Below the pieces are notes generated by a model. That model saw nothing but the letters and a program-made list of their open reading frames with translations. It was not told where the DNA came from and made no database searches. 64,000 nucleotides of DNA from Patescibacteria group bacterium (GTDB taxonomy: Bacteria; Patescibacteriota; Patescibacteriia; JACRDY01): the NCBI GenBank assembly GCA_041653535.1, contig JBAZFH010000003.1, positions 66,771 through 130,770 on the forward strand, in the 5' to 3' direction. The translations under genes were made by a program, and so were the position numbers. This document shows, in pieces, positions 36,499-46,768 of this stretch; the first letter of the stretch is position 1, and each line of letters starts with the position of its first letter.

Positions 36499-39400
36499 AT
36501 GGAAAATGTTAACAGAAAAAAACACAATTTTCGGCTGTTTGTGATTGTTTTTATTTTTTTAAATCTTTCGATATCTTTGCTTTATATAAAAAGCGTTTCG
36601 GCTTTGCAGTATCATGGGACGAATATTACTGCCAACGAATTCTGGTCAGCGGCACAGTCGCCTCATATTGTAACGAAAGCGATAACAGTGTCTGGCGGCG
36701 CCATCCTCACGATTGAAGCCGGTGCCACTGTTTTATTTAACAGCGGTGCTTCTTTGACTATTGATAGCGCCAAACTTATTGCCATAGGCGCATCTGGTCA
36801 GGAGATTACGTTTTCCGCAAACAGCGTGTTACCAACTCCGGGAAGCTGGAACGGTATATATTTGCGGTCCGGGACTTATACGCTAGATTCTTCAATTCTT
36901 GAGCGTGTAATTATCGAATATGCCACAGACGGGTTGTCGATGGAAAATTATTTTTATGTTATTAACGCCCACGAAATACGCGATTCAGAAGTGAGAAACA
37001 ACAAAAATAACGGCATTAGAATTTTAGCGGGTTATTTTTGGAATAGCGATACTTTAAACCAAGCCAAGGTTAGTAATGTTTATGTTCATGATAACGGCGA
37101 TAACGGGATTTACGTTTATGCATCAGGATCGAGTTTTTTATTTAAGAGAGGAAAAATTGACGGAATAATTGAAAACAGTATTATTTCCAATAATGCAAAA
37201 AACGGCATTTATCTTAACGACGGACAGTGCAGTTCCGATGTTAAACTAAATATTACCGGTAATGTAATCGAAGACAATAATCAAGGAAATAATAGTCCCG
37301 GCACGGTTGCCGGTGTTTATCAGACAGAGAGTCGTTGTACTTCCGAAGAAAATAGCGAAATAACTATTAGTGGTAATACCATCCAAAACAACAATAGTTT
37401 AGCCATGCAAATTCATCCGCGGACTATTTTAGTTAATAATAATTTTTTGCAAAACTACACCAAAGCAGTCGATGCTTCTCAAAACGTTGTTAAAGTGATA
37501 AAAGGAACTATTTACACTAAAAATTATTCTAGCGTAAATCCCGGATCGGTTTATACCTGGAGTGGCAGCGGAGGGCATGGTAAGGAAGATGTTGTTTATT
37601 TTGTGAGCGGTTTGGTGACTATTATTAACGACAATACTTTAAATTTTGTCGAAGCGCCGATGATAAAGCTGGGTAACGGCGCTGGTTTTTTTGTTAATTC
37701 CGCAAAAATATACGCCGTAGCTCCGGCCGTTTCTGGAAAAGAAACCATTTTTACCTCAATCAATGATTCGGCGGCAGATTACGGAGGAGACACGCGTTGG
37801 GTTATTAGTTCTTCCGCCGCCCCGGCAAAAGGCGATTGGGGCTCAATCACTTTGTCGACTACCAGTTATGGTATCGATTCTTCCGTTATTGATCACGCTA
37901 TTATAAAATACGGCACTAACGGCGTGGTAATTGATAATTCTTCTTTTGTTTCCAACTCTCATCAGGTTTTAAATTCCATTATCGGTGATAACAGCCAGAA
38001 CGGGATAACTATCAAATGCAATTATTATTGGAATAGCGCGGTAACAAATGCGGCGGTAATAAAGGGCAATAAGATAAGTAATAACGACAGTAACGGTATT
38101 TATACCTATGGCTATGGTGCCGATGGCGGTCGCACTGCCATTATCAACGCTACTATTCAAGATAATAATATCGTCAATAGCGGCGGCAGCGGCATTCAGA
38201 TTGATGACGGTGGATGCAATACCGCTACCAAGCTTAATATTAAAGGTAATATTATTGAAGGTAGTAATAATAAAAATGGCATCGCTAATGCTAAAAATTA
38301 TGCGGCGATTTGGCAAGCTTCAACTCGTTGTAACCAAAATTACAGCGAAACAATCGTTGAAGGCAATACTATCCGCGGTAATAATAGTTTGGTCATGCAA
38401 ATTCATCCGCGGACCGTTTTAAACGGCAACACCATACAGGATAATAATCCGAGCGCTTCCGAGATTTTTTCTCGTAATGTGGTAAAAATATTACCGGGCG
38501 GGGTAATAAAAACCACAGAGTCGGCGTTGAATTCTTATTGGTCCGGCAACGGCGACAATTCGTCGACGAATAATGTTGTTTATTTGGTGAGCGGCAATAT
38601 TGAGTTTACAGGAGGTCATAATTTATATATAAATAACGCCGCGACAGTAAAATTTGTAAAAACTTTTAAATTGTCACTGTATAATAACTCCAAAATTTCT
38701 GCTTTCGGACTTGAAGCGGACAGTCAAAAAAACGTTTTCACTTCCGTAAATGATAATAGTAACAGCGCTTCCGGAGATACTACTTGGGCAGTTGATTCCT
38801 CGACTTTTCCGGTTTCGGGCGATTGGAATACCATATTTTTAGGTTTTTGTAACACCGGTGATTGTTCGGTTGTCAGTGATGCCATCGTTCGTTATGCCAC
38901 TAACGGAATAACCTTAGACAGCGATAATACTCACAAGGTTTATCGCTCAGAAATTAGCAACTGTTTGGGAGTGGGAATTTTGGTGAACGCCTCTCCGACA
39001 GGAAGTATTTCCGGTATTTCTAATCGTGCGAACATAGATTCGTGTAAAATTCATAATAACAATGGTAGCGGTATAAGCGTGACTGTAAGCGGTTCAACCA
39101 AGGTAAGCAGCCTAGTTGCCGATTATACCAACAATGAAATTTATAATAACGCGGCCGACGGCATAAAAGTAAGACCGACTGATAATGGTTCTTTTTTAAG
39201 TCTTAATTTAATTAACAATAATATTCATGATAATTCTGCCAATGGTGTCAATTATAATAATACAGGCAGTGTTTCTAACAATTACGTAAACATTACTTCT
39301 TCAAAAATTATTAATAACATCGGTCACGGAGTATACGTCATTAGCAGTAAAATGAATATTACCGGCAGTGATCTTTATGGTAACCACGGAGCGGAAATAT

Positions 39401-41148
39401 TCAACGGTTCTAGTAATTTGATTACAGCGGAAAATAATTATTGGGGCGATAACTTTGGTCCTTGGGACGAAGAAGGCGCTACCAATCCGAAAAATAAATG
39501 TCGAGTTAATCCAAATACTTTAGTTACCGATTACGTCGGTACCGGCACAACCTATAATGTAGATTATTCGCCGTGGACCGGTTTGGTCGTTCCGTCGGTT
39601 CCCGATATTGATAAAATTGACGGCATTGAAAATTTTCCAGCCGCCGGAGTATCGCTTAATCCTACTATTGAGAGTGCTATAACAGTTGATACTTCCATAG
39701 AGTATACTGATTGGAATGTTTATGATTCCGCCAATCAATTGATTTGGAGTTCTAATAACACTTTTTGTCCTTATGATGGTACGACGGGCAATGGTTTGTT
39801 TATTGTGCATGTCAATTCCAGTGAAGGTAGTTTTGTCGGGTCTTATAGCGGTGAGAGCGCGTTAGTACCAGCTACTGACTATTATGTTCGGGCGAGATAC
39901 CGCAATCGTTTAGGTATTTCGACGTGGTCGGAAGAAAGACGGTTTAGAACCACTGGCGGCACGGTGGCAATTATCGAAATAGGCGGTGACGCTCCGCAGT
40001 CTTCTTATTCTCAATGGCCGCCGACAGAAATACCGCCCAGAGTTAACCAAGTAACGGATTTTCCGCCCGATTTAAAATTTGTTGCCGCCGGTACGGCTGG
40101 AGGCAAATGGTCTTTTGCCGAAATTGGCTTTTGGGATGCAGCTGACCCGGAGCAGGGTGTGGTAAATAGATGGGAGGAGACAAGCGCGACGCCAATATTT
40201 TATCCGCCGCGCAGTGTTGCTAACAAAAAGTTTATTGACGAAAAAGACTGGTATATGGTCCAATTCACTAATACTTTTGGTCAGTCTAGTCCTTATTATT
40301 TTTTCAAAAAAGAGATCTCTTGGCTAAAAACTGGTCAAGCTGATCTTTATTCTGGTAAAAATATCAATCTCAAATCTCCAACTTCAGAAGACTATAATGC
40401 CTCTTATTGCGTTTTGGCGTCCCAAGATCTGCAGTTAATTACTTTAGAAGCTAACCCACAACTTGATCCTTGCCGGACGGCGTCTTTTGATGAATTAAAA
40501 TTACCGTCAAAAAATCAAAACAGAAATTATTATTATAGCGAACAGTTTGGAATTTTGGATATAAATGGAGCGATCAAAAAAGCTAGAGATGACGGTAGGT
40601 TGATAGAAGTTAGCGACGGGTGCAGTTTGAGCGGACCGACTACGCTTAATCACCAGATTCGTTATTGTCATGGTGATAGTACGATTAGCGGTTTGATCGT
40701 CCGTGACGGTTTAGTGGCTGGAGAGCGTGGCGATGGATTGATTATCGTGGACGGAGATCTGACTGTTGATGGTGATATAACGTACCAGGGCTGGAGTTTG
40801 TCTGATACAAAAAAATTAGCGTCGCTGGGCATAATCGTGTTGCGCGACCCGATTACTTCTACGGGAGGTAATATTAATATCAGTTCAAATGTACAAAATT
40901 TGGCAGGAGCTTATTATGCCGAAGGCACTGTTGATACTTGTTATAATGGATCTTCTGCCAGTTGTTCTGATAACAGATTAGTGGTTAATGGGCTACTCGC
41001 GGCAAATCAGTTTAATTTTAAACGGACTTATTCTGATTCTGGCAATAATCCCGCAGAAGAAGTTAATTATGATGGCAGAATTTTGATTAACACTCCTCCG
41101 GGTATGGACAGTTTGATTAAGGGTTTGCCCCTGTGGAGTAATCGTTAG
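36499..41148 (+). CDS. Large secreted right-handed beta-helix repeat protein, putative pilus-associated adhesin
   Basis: Signal peptide, Asn/Gly-rich parallel beta-helix repeats (I.NN...GI), internal ~320-aa duplication, FN3-like YYVRARY segment; directly upstream of pilM. Confidence 0.8.
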   Translation: MENVNRKKHNFRLFVIVFIFLNLSISLLYIKSVSALQYHGTNITANEFWSAAQSPHIVTKAITVSGGAILTIEAGATVLFNSGASLTIDSAKLIAIGASGQEITFSANSVLPTPGSWNGIYLRSGTYTLDSSILERVIIEYATDGLSMENYFYVINAHEIRDSEVRNNKNNGIRILAGYFWNSDTLNQAKVSNVYVHDNGDNGIYVYASGSSFLFKRGKIDGIIENSIISNNAKNGIYLNDGQCSSDVKLNITGNVIEDNNQGNNSPGTVAGVYQTESRCTSEENSEITISGNTIQNNNSLAMQIHPRTILVNNNFLQNYTKAVDASQNVVKVIKGTIYTKNYSSVNPGSVYTWSGSGGHGKEDVVYFVSGLVTIINDNTLNFVEAPMIKLGNGAGFFVNSAKIYAVAPAVSGKETIFTSINDSAADYGGDTRWVISSSAAPAKGDWGSITLSTTSYGIDSSVIDHAIIKYGTNGVVIDNSSFVSNSHQVLNSIIGDNSQNGITIKCNYYWNSAVTNAAVIKGNKISNNDSNGIYTYGYGADGGRTAIINATIQDNNIVNSGGSGIQIDDGGCNTATKLNIKGNIIEGSNNKNGIANAKNYAAIWQASTRCNQNYSETIVEGNTIRGNNSLVMQIHPRTVLNGNTIQDNNPSASEIFSRNVVKILPGGVIKTTESALNSYWSGNGDNSSTNNVVYLVSGNIEFTGGHNLYINNAATVKFVKTFKLSLYNNSKISAFGLEADSQKNVFTSVNDNSNSASGDTTWAVDSSTFPVSGDWNTIFLGFCNTGDCSVVSDAIVRYATNGITLDSDNTHKVYRSEISNCLGVGILVNASPTGSISGISNRANIDSCKIHNNNGSGISVTVSGSTKVSSLVADYTNNEIYNNAADGIKVRPTDNGSFLSLNLINNNIHDNSANGVNYNNTGSVSNNYVNITSSKIINNIGHGVYVISSKMNITGSDLYGNHGAEIFNGSSNLITAENNYWGDNFGPWDEEGATNPKNKCRVNPNTLVTDYVGTGTTYNVDYSPWTGLVVPSVPDIDKIDGIENFPAAGVSLNPTIESAITVDTSIEYTDWNVYDSANQLIWSSNNTFCPYDGTTGNGLFIVHVNSSEGSFVGSYSGESALVPATDYYVRARYRNRLGISTWSEERRFRTTGGTVAIIEIGGDAPQSSYSQWPPTEIPPRVNQVTDFPPDLKFVAAGTAGGKWSFAEIGFWDAADPEQGVVNRWEETSATPIFYPPRSVANKKFIDEKDWYMVQFTNTFGQSSPYYFFKKEISWLKTGQADLYSGKNINLKSPTSEDYNASYCVLASQDLQLITLEANPQLDPCRTASFDELKLPSKNQNRNYYYSEQFGILDINGAIKKARDDGRLIEVSDGCSLSGPTTLNHQIRYCHGDSTISGLIVRDGLVAGERGDGLIIVDGDLTVDGDITYQGWSLSDTKKLASLGIIVLRDPITSTGGNINISSNVQNLAGAYYAEGTVDTCYNGSSASCSDNRLVVNGLLAANQFNFKRTYSDSGNNPAEEVNYDGRILINTPPGMDSLIKGLPLWSNR

Positions 41149-41244
41149 CGGCTTGGTTTGCCAATAAAGGGTAAAATCTGTTATAATTTATACGACTTAA
41201 ATTGTTTTGGCTAAATTAAAAGGAAAAAAACAAAAACAATAATT

Positions 41245-42303
41245 ATGGCATTGTTTTCTAAGGAAAATAGTTATTTAGGCGTTGATATTGGCGCTCATAA
41301 TATTAAATTAGTCGAGCTGGAAGACCAACGGGGACGACCGAGATTACTGACTTATGGATATACCGATCAAATCGTGAGTTCAGATGTTCCTGATCTACTA
41401 GAAAATGTTGATGAAACGGTTTTAATCATAAAAGAGTTGATTAAAAAAGCTAAAGTGAAATCCAAAAAAGTCGTAGCGGCGTTGCCTGTATCTTCGATTT
41501 TTAGTTCGGTTATAAGTTTATCGAATATCAAGGCGGATTCTCCGAAAGATTTAGAAGACGCAATCAAGTGGCAGGCAAAAAAAGTTATTCCCATGCCGTT
41601 AGAAGAAATGATTTTATATCATAATGTTTTAAAAAAAGCGGAAGAAAAGGTTGACGGTCGGGCGTTAGTACAAAGGTTTTTGCTGACCGCCGCTCCGCGC
41701 AATCTGGTAAAAATTTATTTAGATATTTTTAAAAAAGCTGGTTTGCAAATCATTAGCTTAGAGACAGAAAGTTTTGCCCTTTCGCGTTCTTTGATTGGCA
41801 GCGATAAATCGGCAGTGATGGTGGTGGATATGGGAGAGGCAACTACCAATATTTCAGTTGTTCGTGACGGTGTGCCGCTTTTGAATCGCAGTATTGATAC
41901 TGCCGGGCAGAGTTTTACGAAAATTTTTAGTAAAAATTTAGGTCTTGATAACCTCACCGCCGAAAGATTTAAAAGGGATTTGAGCGGTCTTACCGCGCAA
42001 AGCGAGATAGCCGCTATTAAAGAGTTGTTTGATAATTTAGTCCATGAAATTAATTATTGTTTCAATCTTTATCAGCAAGAAAGTAACATGATAGATGGTA
42101 AAATAGAAAAAATAATTTTGACCGGTGGGTCTGCGTTGTTGCCGAATTTAGATAAATATTTGTCGCAGAATTTAAATGTTAAAGCCTTTCTCGGAGATCC
42201 GTGGGCAAGGATAGTTTATCCGCAAGATCTGCAGCCGATTTTGGACAAGATTGGTCCTCGTTTATCCATTGCTATTGGTTTGGCAATGAGAGAAATCAGC
42301 TAG
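41245..42303 (+). CDS. pilM: Type IV pilus assembly protein PilM
   Basis: LGVDIG..NIKLVEL, VDMGE.TT, ILTGGSALL, AIGLAMR actin-like fold. Confidence 0.92.
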   Translation: MALFSKENSYLGVDIGAHNIKLVELEDQRGRPRLLTYGYTDQIVSSDVPDLLENVDETVLIIKELIKKAKVKSKKVVAALPVSSIFSSVISLSNIKADSPKDLEDAIKWQAKKVIPMPLEEMILYHNVLKKAEEKVDGRALVQRFLLTAAPRNLVKIYLDIFKKAGLQIISLETESFALSRSLIGSDKSAVMVVDMGEATTNISVVRDGVPLLNRSIDTAGQSFTKIFSKNLGLDNLTAERFKRDLSGLTAQSEIAAIKELFDNLVHEINYCFNLYQQESNMIDGKIEKIILTGGSALLPNLDKYLSQNLNVKAFLGDPWARIVYPQDLQPILDKIGPRLSIAIGLAMREIS

Positions 42304-42315
42304 AGATTTTATTTT

Positions 42316-43563
42316 ATGACTGATATAAATCTTTTACCAGAAGAATTGCGTAGTGATGACAAAAAACGCGTTAAAGACCAACGCGAAGAAATTGTTTATA
42401 CCGATCCGGCAAAACAAAATAAATTTTCAAAAGAAATAAAACCCATAACCAGTAAAGTCGGTTGGTGGAAAAATTTTTTATTTTCTAGAAAAGACAGAAA
42501 ACAGTTAAAAAAACAAGACTCTCCAGTCATAACATCTTCCAAACCTCAAACCATTAACGATAAAAATATTTTTTCCGTACCGAAACCGCCAGAAATTCCC
42601 AAGACAATCTATACCCAGACACCGCGTGAAAACCCTTCGGTTATGCAGGCGCAAAAAATAGAAAAAACTGCGATGCCAAATTTAATACCCCCGATTTCTT
42701 ATAGAGATTCGGCAACTGAACCTAAAAAAGAGATGAAACAGACTTTGGCGGTAAAAAAATCGTGGTGGTCAAGGTTTTGGCATAAATTCTTTTTTCGAAA
42801 AACAACGGTTCAAATTAAACCTAGAGAAATATTGATGCCAGCGGCGCCAAAGGTGGGACCGGCTAGGGATGTTTCCGATATTTCCTTGGTATCTCCAGCA
42901 GTAAAAGACTCGTCGGAAAAAATTAATTTGGATTCGACCGTGATGCATGAACCGCAAAATCATCGTTTGCGCGGAGCGCCGGAGGTTGATTTGGCTTCAG
43001 ATGAGAGTTTTTTATTTACTTGGTCGGAATTTTATCATCGTTTACAAGTCGGCGGTATTGTTTTGTTGTTGGCAATCATTTTTTTGGTAGCCATTTATTT
43101 TGCTATCGCTAGAGTAATGTCGCCGTCGAGCGATCAGGGTCAAGCGTTAAGCGCTAATATTGCGGCTTTGGAAAAACAGTTGACGGATTTTGAAAAAAAG
43201 AAGGGAGAGGTGGTTTTGCTTGATCGTCGGTTAGCGCAGCTTAATAGTTTAGCAGAGAAACATTTATTTTGGTCACGGCTTTTTGTTTTGCTGGAAAAAG
43301 ATACTTTAGCCAATGTTTATTATACCAGCATGACTGTTGATCAAAGTGGTAAAATAATTTTTTCCGTCTCTGCTCCCGACTATCCGATATTGGCACAGCA
43401 GTTGGCGATCTGGCAATCCGAACCGTTAGTTTCTTCAGTAGAATTTTCTTCAGCTACAATTGATGAAAATACCGTGTTGAGTCAAGACTCTAACGCGCCT
43501 AAAATTACCACGGTTAGATTCGATTTGGTTTTAAATCTTAACCCAGAATTTTTAGCGAAATAA
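42316..43563 (+). CDS. PilN-like protein with an extended low-complexity N-terminus
   Basis: N-terminal INLLP PilM-binding motif, TM near residue 245, coiled coil; follows pilM. Confidence 0.75.
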   Translation: MTDINLLPEELRSDDKKRVKDQREEIVYTDPAKQNKFSKEIKPITSKVGWWKNFLFSRKDRKQLKKQDSPVITSSKPQTINDKNIFSVPKPPEIPKTIYTQTPRENPSVMQAQKIEKTAMPNLIPPISYRDSATEPKKEMKQTLAVKKSWWSRFWHKFFFRKTTVQIKPREILMPAAPKVGPARDVSDISLVSPAVKDSSEKINLDSTVMHEPQNHRLRGAPEVDLASDESFLFTWSEFYHRLQVGGIVLLLAIIFLVAIYFAIARVMSPSSDQGQALSANIAALEKQLTDFEKKKGEVVLLDRRLAQLNSLAEKHLFWSRLFVLLEKDTLANVYYTSMTVDQSGKIIFSVSAPDYPILAQQLAIWQSEPLVSSVEFSSATIDENTVLSQDSNAPKITTVRFDLVLNLNPEFLAK

Positions 43564-43567
43564 GATT

Positions 43568-44194
43568 ATGGATATCAACAGTAACAATATCAACCGTGAG
43601 GCAAAAAACGGTAAAAATAAAACCAACCCGATTCTGTTTTTTGTTTTTCGTAATTTTTATTGGATTACCTTTTTGGTTGTCGCGACGCTTGTAATTTTGG
43701 TTTATTTATTTATTTTTCGATCGCAGCTTACCGCTGATAACGTGGCTAAAACTTTTTCTTATCGTAGCGAAATAGAGCGCCTTGATTCTTTAAAGAAAAA
43801 GACCACTGAAATAAAAAAAGTATTGAGTGATTTTGATAGTTTCTCCCAGGATGAACTAATTAGATTGTCTCAGATACTACCCGCGGAAAAAGATCTGCCT
43901 AATTTGATAATTCAACTTGATAGTTTGGCTAAGCAAAGCGGGTTAGCGCTGTCGTCTTTTAGTATTTCCGAACAAGTTTCTACGAAAAAAGTTGTTGATG
44001 CGCAGCAGGCGACCGGGTCTGTTAAGGAGTTGATTATCAGTTTAAATTTAAAAGGCGGTGGTTATAATAATCTCAAACAGTTGGTTAGTCTAGTCGAAAC
44101 TAATATGCGTTTAATGGATATTTCTTCCTTTGTTTTTGCGCCAAACGACAGTGGTTCTTTTACTTTGTCGTTGAAAACATATTTTTATAATTAA
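43568..44194 (+). CDS. pilO: Type IV pilus assembly protein PilO
   Basis: TM, ILP.EKD.P.LI..L..LA..SGL, G.Y......VE...RLMDI. Confidence 0.82.
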   Translation: MDINSNNINREAKNGKNKTNPILFFVFRNFYWITFLVVATLVILVYLFIFRSQLTADNVAKTFSYRSEIERLDSLKKKTTEIKKVLSDFDSFSQDELIRLSQILPAEKDLPNLIIQLDSLAKQSGLALSSFSISEQVSTKKVVDAQQATGSVKELIISLNLKGGGYNNLKQLVSLVETNMRLMDISSFVFAPNDSGSFTLSLKTYFYN

Positions 44195-44218
44195 AAATTA
44201 TACGTTGTCTAAAAGGCT

Positions 44219-44545
44219 ATGCTGGTTCAAAAAGAGGTAAAAAGCAAAAAAACTTTAGTCTTAATATTAATAATCATAGCTACTTTGGGTGTTAGCGGTT
44301 ATCTTTTATATTACAATATTAATTATTCCGTAAACCGCGGCAGTAATAGTCAAATTTTTAGCATGATGGATAACAGTATGAAGAATAGCGTTGGTTCTTC
44401 AAGCGGGTATGAAGAAGTAATATGGAAGGTTCTTGGTCTTAAATCTAATGATGTTAAAAATTCTAAACTAGACAAATTGCAACGGCATGTTTTACCACTG
44501 AGCTTGGAAGGCTTGGCAATAGGTCATCCGGATATTTTTAGATAA
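44219..44545 (+). CDS. Small single-TM pilus-locus protein (PilP position)
   Basis: TM helix, C-terminal G.PDIF; lies between pilO and pilB. Confidence 0.65.
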   Translation: MLVQKEVKSKKTLVLILIIIATLGVSGYLLYYNINYSVNRGSNSQIFSMMDNSMKNSVGSSSGYEEVIWKVLGLKSNDVKNSKLDKLQRHVLPLSLEGLAIGHPDIFR

Positions 44546-44556
44546 TTTTATCAAAT

Positions 44557-46311
44557 ATGGAAGACGCTAGTCGTTTAATAAAAATTAAAGAGGTTCTAAA
44601 AAAGCGAGGCATTATAAATGAAGAAATGTCTCAATCTATCGAAAGCCAGGATTTTGCCAGTATGGTTGATTTTTTTGATTTTTTAGTTAAGCAGCTTTCC
44701 ATAGATGAAGATCGTATTTATCCAGAACTTTCCGCAATATGCGGATTACCTTATATTGATTTGCGAACCAAAGAAATTCCTGACCGGGTATTATCTATTG
44801 TTCAGCGTTCAGTGGCTCAAAACTATAAATTAATTGCCTTTGATTTGACGGACAGGGAGCTGTCAGTTGGTTTGGTTAACCCTTATGATTTTCAGGCGAT
44901 ACGGGCGGTGGATTTTTTAGCAAAACAAAAGAAAATAAAATCCAAACTTTATTTGATTTCCTCCGAGTCGTTTGAAGCGGGTATGGGTCAATACTCTGAT
45001 TTTGACAGTGAGGTAAAAGAAGCCATCGCTTTAGTCGAACAAGAAAAAGAGCAAAAAGTATTTAAGGCTTCGGGCGGTAAAAAAGACGAAGAGGCGGAAT
45101 TCGAAGAAATTATTTCGGAAACTCCGGTTTCTAAAATAGTTTCTATGATTATAAAGAAGGCGGTGGAAAGCCGAGCTTCTGACATCCATATTGAACCAAC
45201 AGGAGAGGGGAGTCGAGTGCGCTATCGTGTCGACGGCATGCTTCATACTTCTTTGAATTTGCCTGGTCATATTCATCCGTCCGTGATTTCTCGTATTAAA
45301 GTTTTGGCCAATCTCAAACTTGATGAAACTCGTATTCCGCAAGATGGTCGTATTACTTTGAATATTGATAAGCAAAAAATAGATTTTCGTGTTTCTACCA
45401 TGCCCCTTTTAAATAAAGAAAAAGCGGTTTTGCGCATTTTAGAGGGGTCGGAAGCGGTTCCTACTTTAAAGGATTTGGGATTTTCCGATTATCAAATTAG
45501 AGTTATGGAGGCAAATATTAAACGTTCCCATGGTTTTTTTCTAGTTACTGGTCCGACCGGATCTGGCAAATCAACGACTATTTACTCAGTTTTAAATATT
45601 TTAAACCAAGATCAGGTGAATATAGCCACTTTAGAAGATCCGATAGAGTTTTATTTGGAAGGAGTAAACCAGTCGCAAATTCGTCCGGAGGTAAAATTTA
45701 CTTTTGCTTCGGGTTTGCGTTCCCTTCTGCGGCAGGATCCAAATATTATCATGGTGGGGGAGATTAGAGACAGCCAAACCGCGGAGATGGCGATCCATGC
45801 CAGCCTGACAGGGCATTTAATATTTTCTACTTTACATACCAATGATTCTTTGGGCGCGGTGCCACGTTTGATTGACATGAAAGTGGAACCGTTTTTACTG
45901 GCTTCAACTTTAAATATTGTAGTTGCTCAACGTTTGACTCGTAAAATTTGTCAGGCTTGTAAAGAACAGATAGAAATTCCCGATTATCTGTTAAAAAATA
46001 TCATGAAAGAATTTGACGGTATTGACAAGGACCAACTGCCGCAAGGTTTAGATATTTCTCATCCAGTGTTTTATCATGGTCGAGGTTGTGATTTGTGCCA
46101 AGGCAGCGGTTATCATGGTCGCGTAGCTATCGCCGAAATTTTGAGTATTAATGATGAAATAAAGCGACTGATAGTTTCCGGTTATAATATTGATGAAGTA
46201 AAAAAAGAAATGCGTAAACAAAAAATGCTAACCCTGATGCAAGCGGGATTGCTTCGTGCCGCGGAAGGACTGACTACCGTGGAAGAAGTTCTTCGTGTCA
46301 TTCAGGAATAA
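44557..46311 (+). CDS. pilB: Type IV pilus assembly ATPase PilB/GspE
   Basis: ASDIHIEP, PQDGR, TGPTGSGKSTT, LRQDP.IIMVGEIRD, tetracysteine motif. Confidence 0.93.
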   Translation: MEDASRLIKIKEVLKKRGIINEEMSQSIESQDFASMVDFFDFLVKQLSIDEDRIYPELSAICGLPYIDLRTKEIPDRVLSIVQRSVAQNYKLIAFDLTDRELSVGLVNPYDFQAIRAVDFLAKQKKIKSKLYLISSESFEAGMGQYSDFDSEVKEAIALVEQEKEQKVFKASGGKKDEEAEFEEIISETPVSKIVSMIIKKAVESRASDIHIEPTGEGSRVRYRVDGMLHTSLNLPGHIHPSVISRIKVLANLKLDETRIPQDGRITLNIDKQKIDFRVSTMPLLNKEKAVLRILEGSEAVPTLKDLGFSDYQIRVMEANIKRSHGFFLVTGPTGSGKSTTIYSVLNILNQDQVNIATLEDPIEFYLEGVNQSQIRPEVKFTFASGLRSLLRQDPNIIMVGEIRDSQTAEMAIHASLTGHLIFSTLHTNDSLGAVPRLIDMKVEPFLLASTLNIVVAQRLTRKICQACKEQIEIPDYLLKNIMKEFDGIDKDQLPQGLDISHPVFYHGRGCDLCQGSGYHGRVAIAEILSINDEIKRLIVSGYNIDEVKKEMRKQKMLTLMQAGLLRAAEGLTTVEEVLRVIQE

Positions 46312-46358
46312 AAGGTTTATTGGATCAAAATTAATAATTTTAAATTAAAAATAATCAT

Positions 46359-46763
46359 ATGGCGGAAGGAGACAAAAAAACCATTCTTTTAGTGGAGGAC
46401 GATACATTTCTTGCGGGAATGTATAAAACAAAATTTGAAATGGAGAATTTTAATGTGATTTTGGCCGAAGATGGGTTTAAAGGTTTTCAACTGGCAAAAG
46501 AAAAGGCGCCGGATATAATTTTACTTGATATTCTTTTACCCAAGATGGATGGTTTTGAGGTGTTGGAGAAAGTCAGGGCCAGCGGTGATACTAAAAAGAT
46601 ACCGGTTATTATGTTAACTAATTTAGGACAGAAAGAAGACGTTAAGAAGGGTTTTGATCTCGGTGCCGATGGTTATTTGATTAAGGCGCATTTTATGCCT
46701 TCGGAAGTGGTGGAGAAAATAAAGTCAGTATTAGCCGGTAAGAAAGAGGAAACAGAACAATAG
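46359..46763 (+). CDS. Single-domain response regulator
   Basis: ILLVEDD, DIILLDILLPKMDG; no output domain. Confidence 0.92.
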   Translation: MAEGDKKTILLVEDDTFLAGMYKTKFEMENFNVILAEDGFKGFQLAKEKAPDIILLDILLPKMDGFEVLEKVRASGDTKKIPVIMLTNLGQKEDVKKGFDLGADGYLIKAHFMPSEVVEKIKSVLAGKKEETEQ

Positions 46764-46768
46764 TTTTT

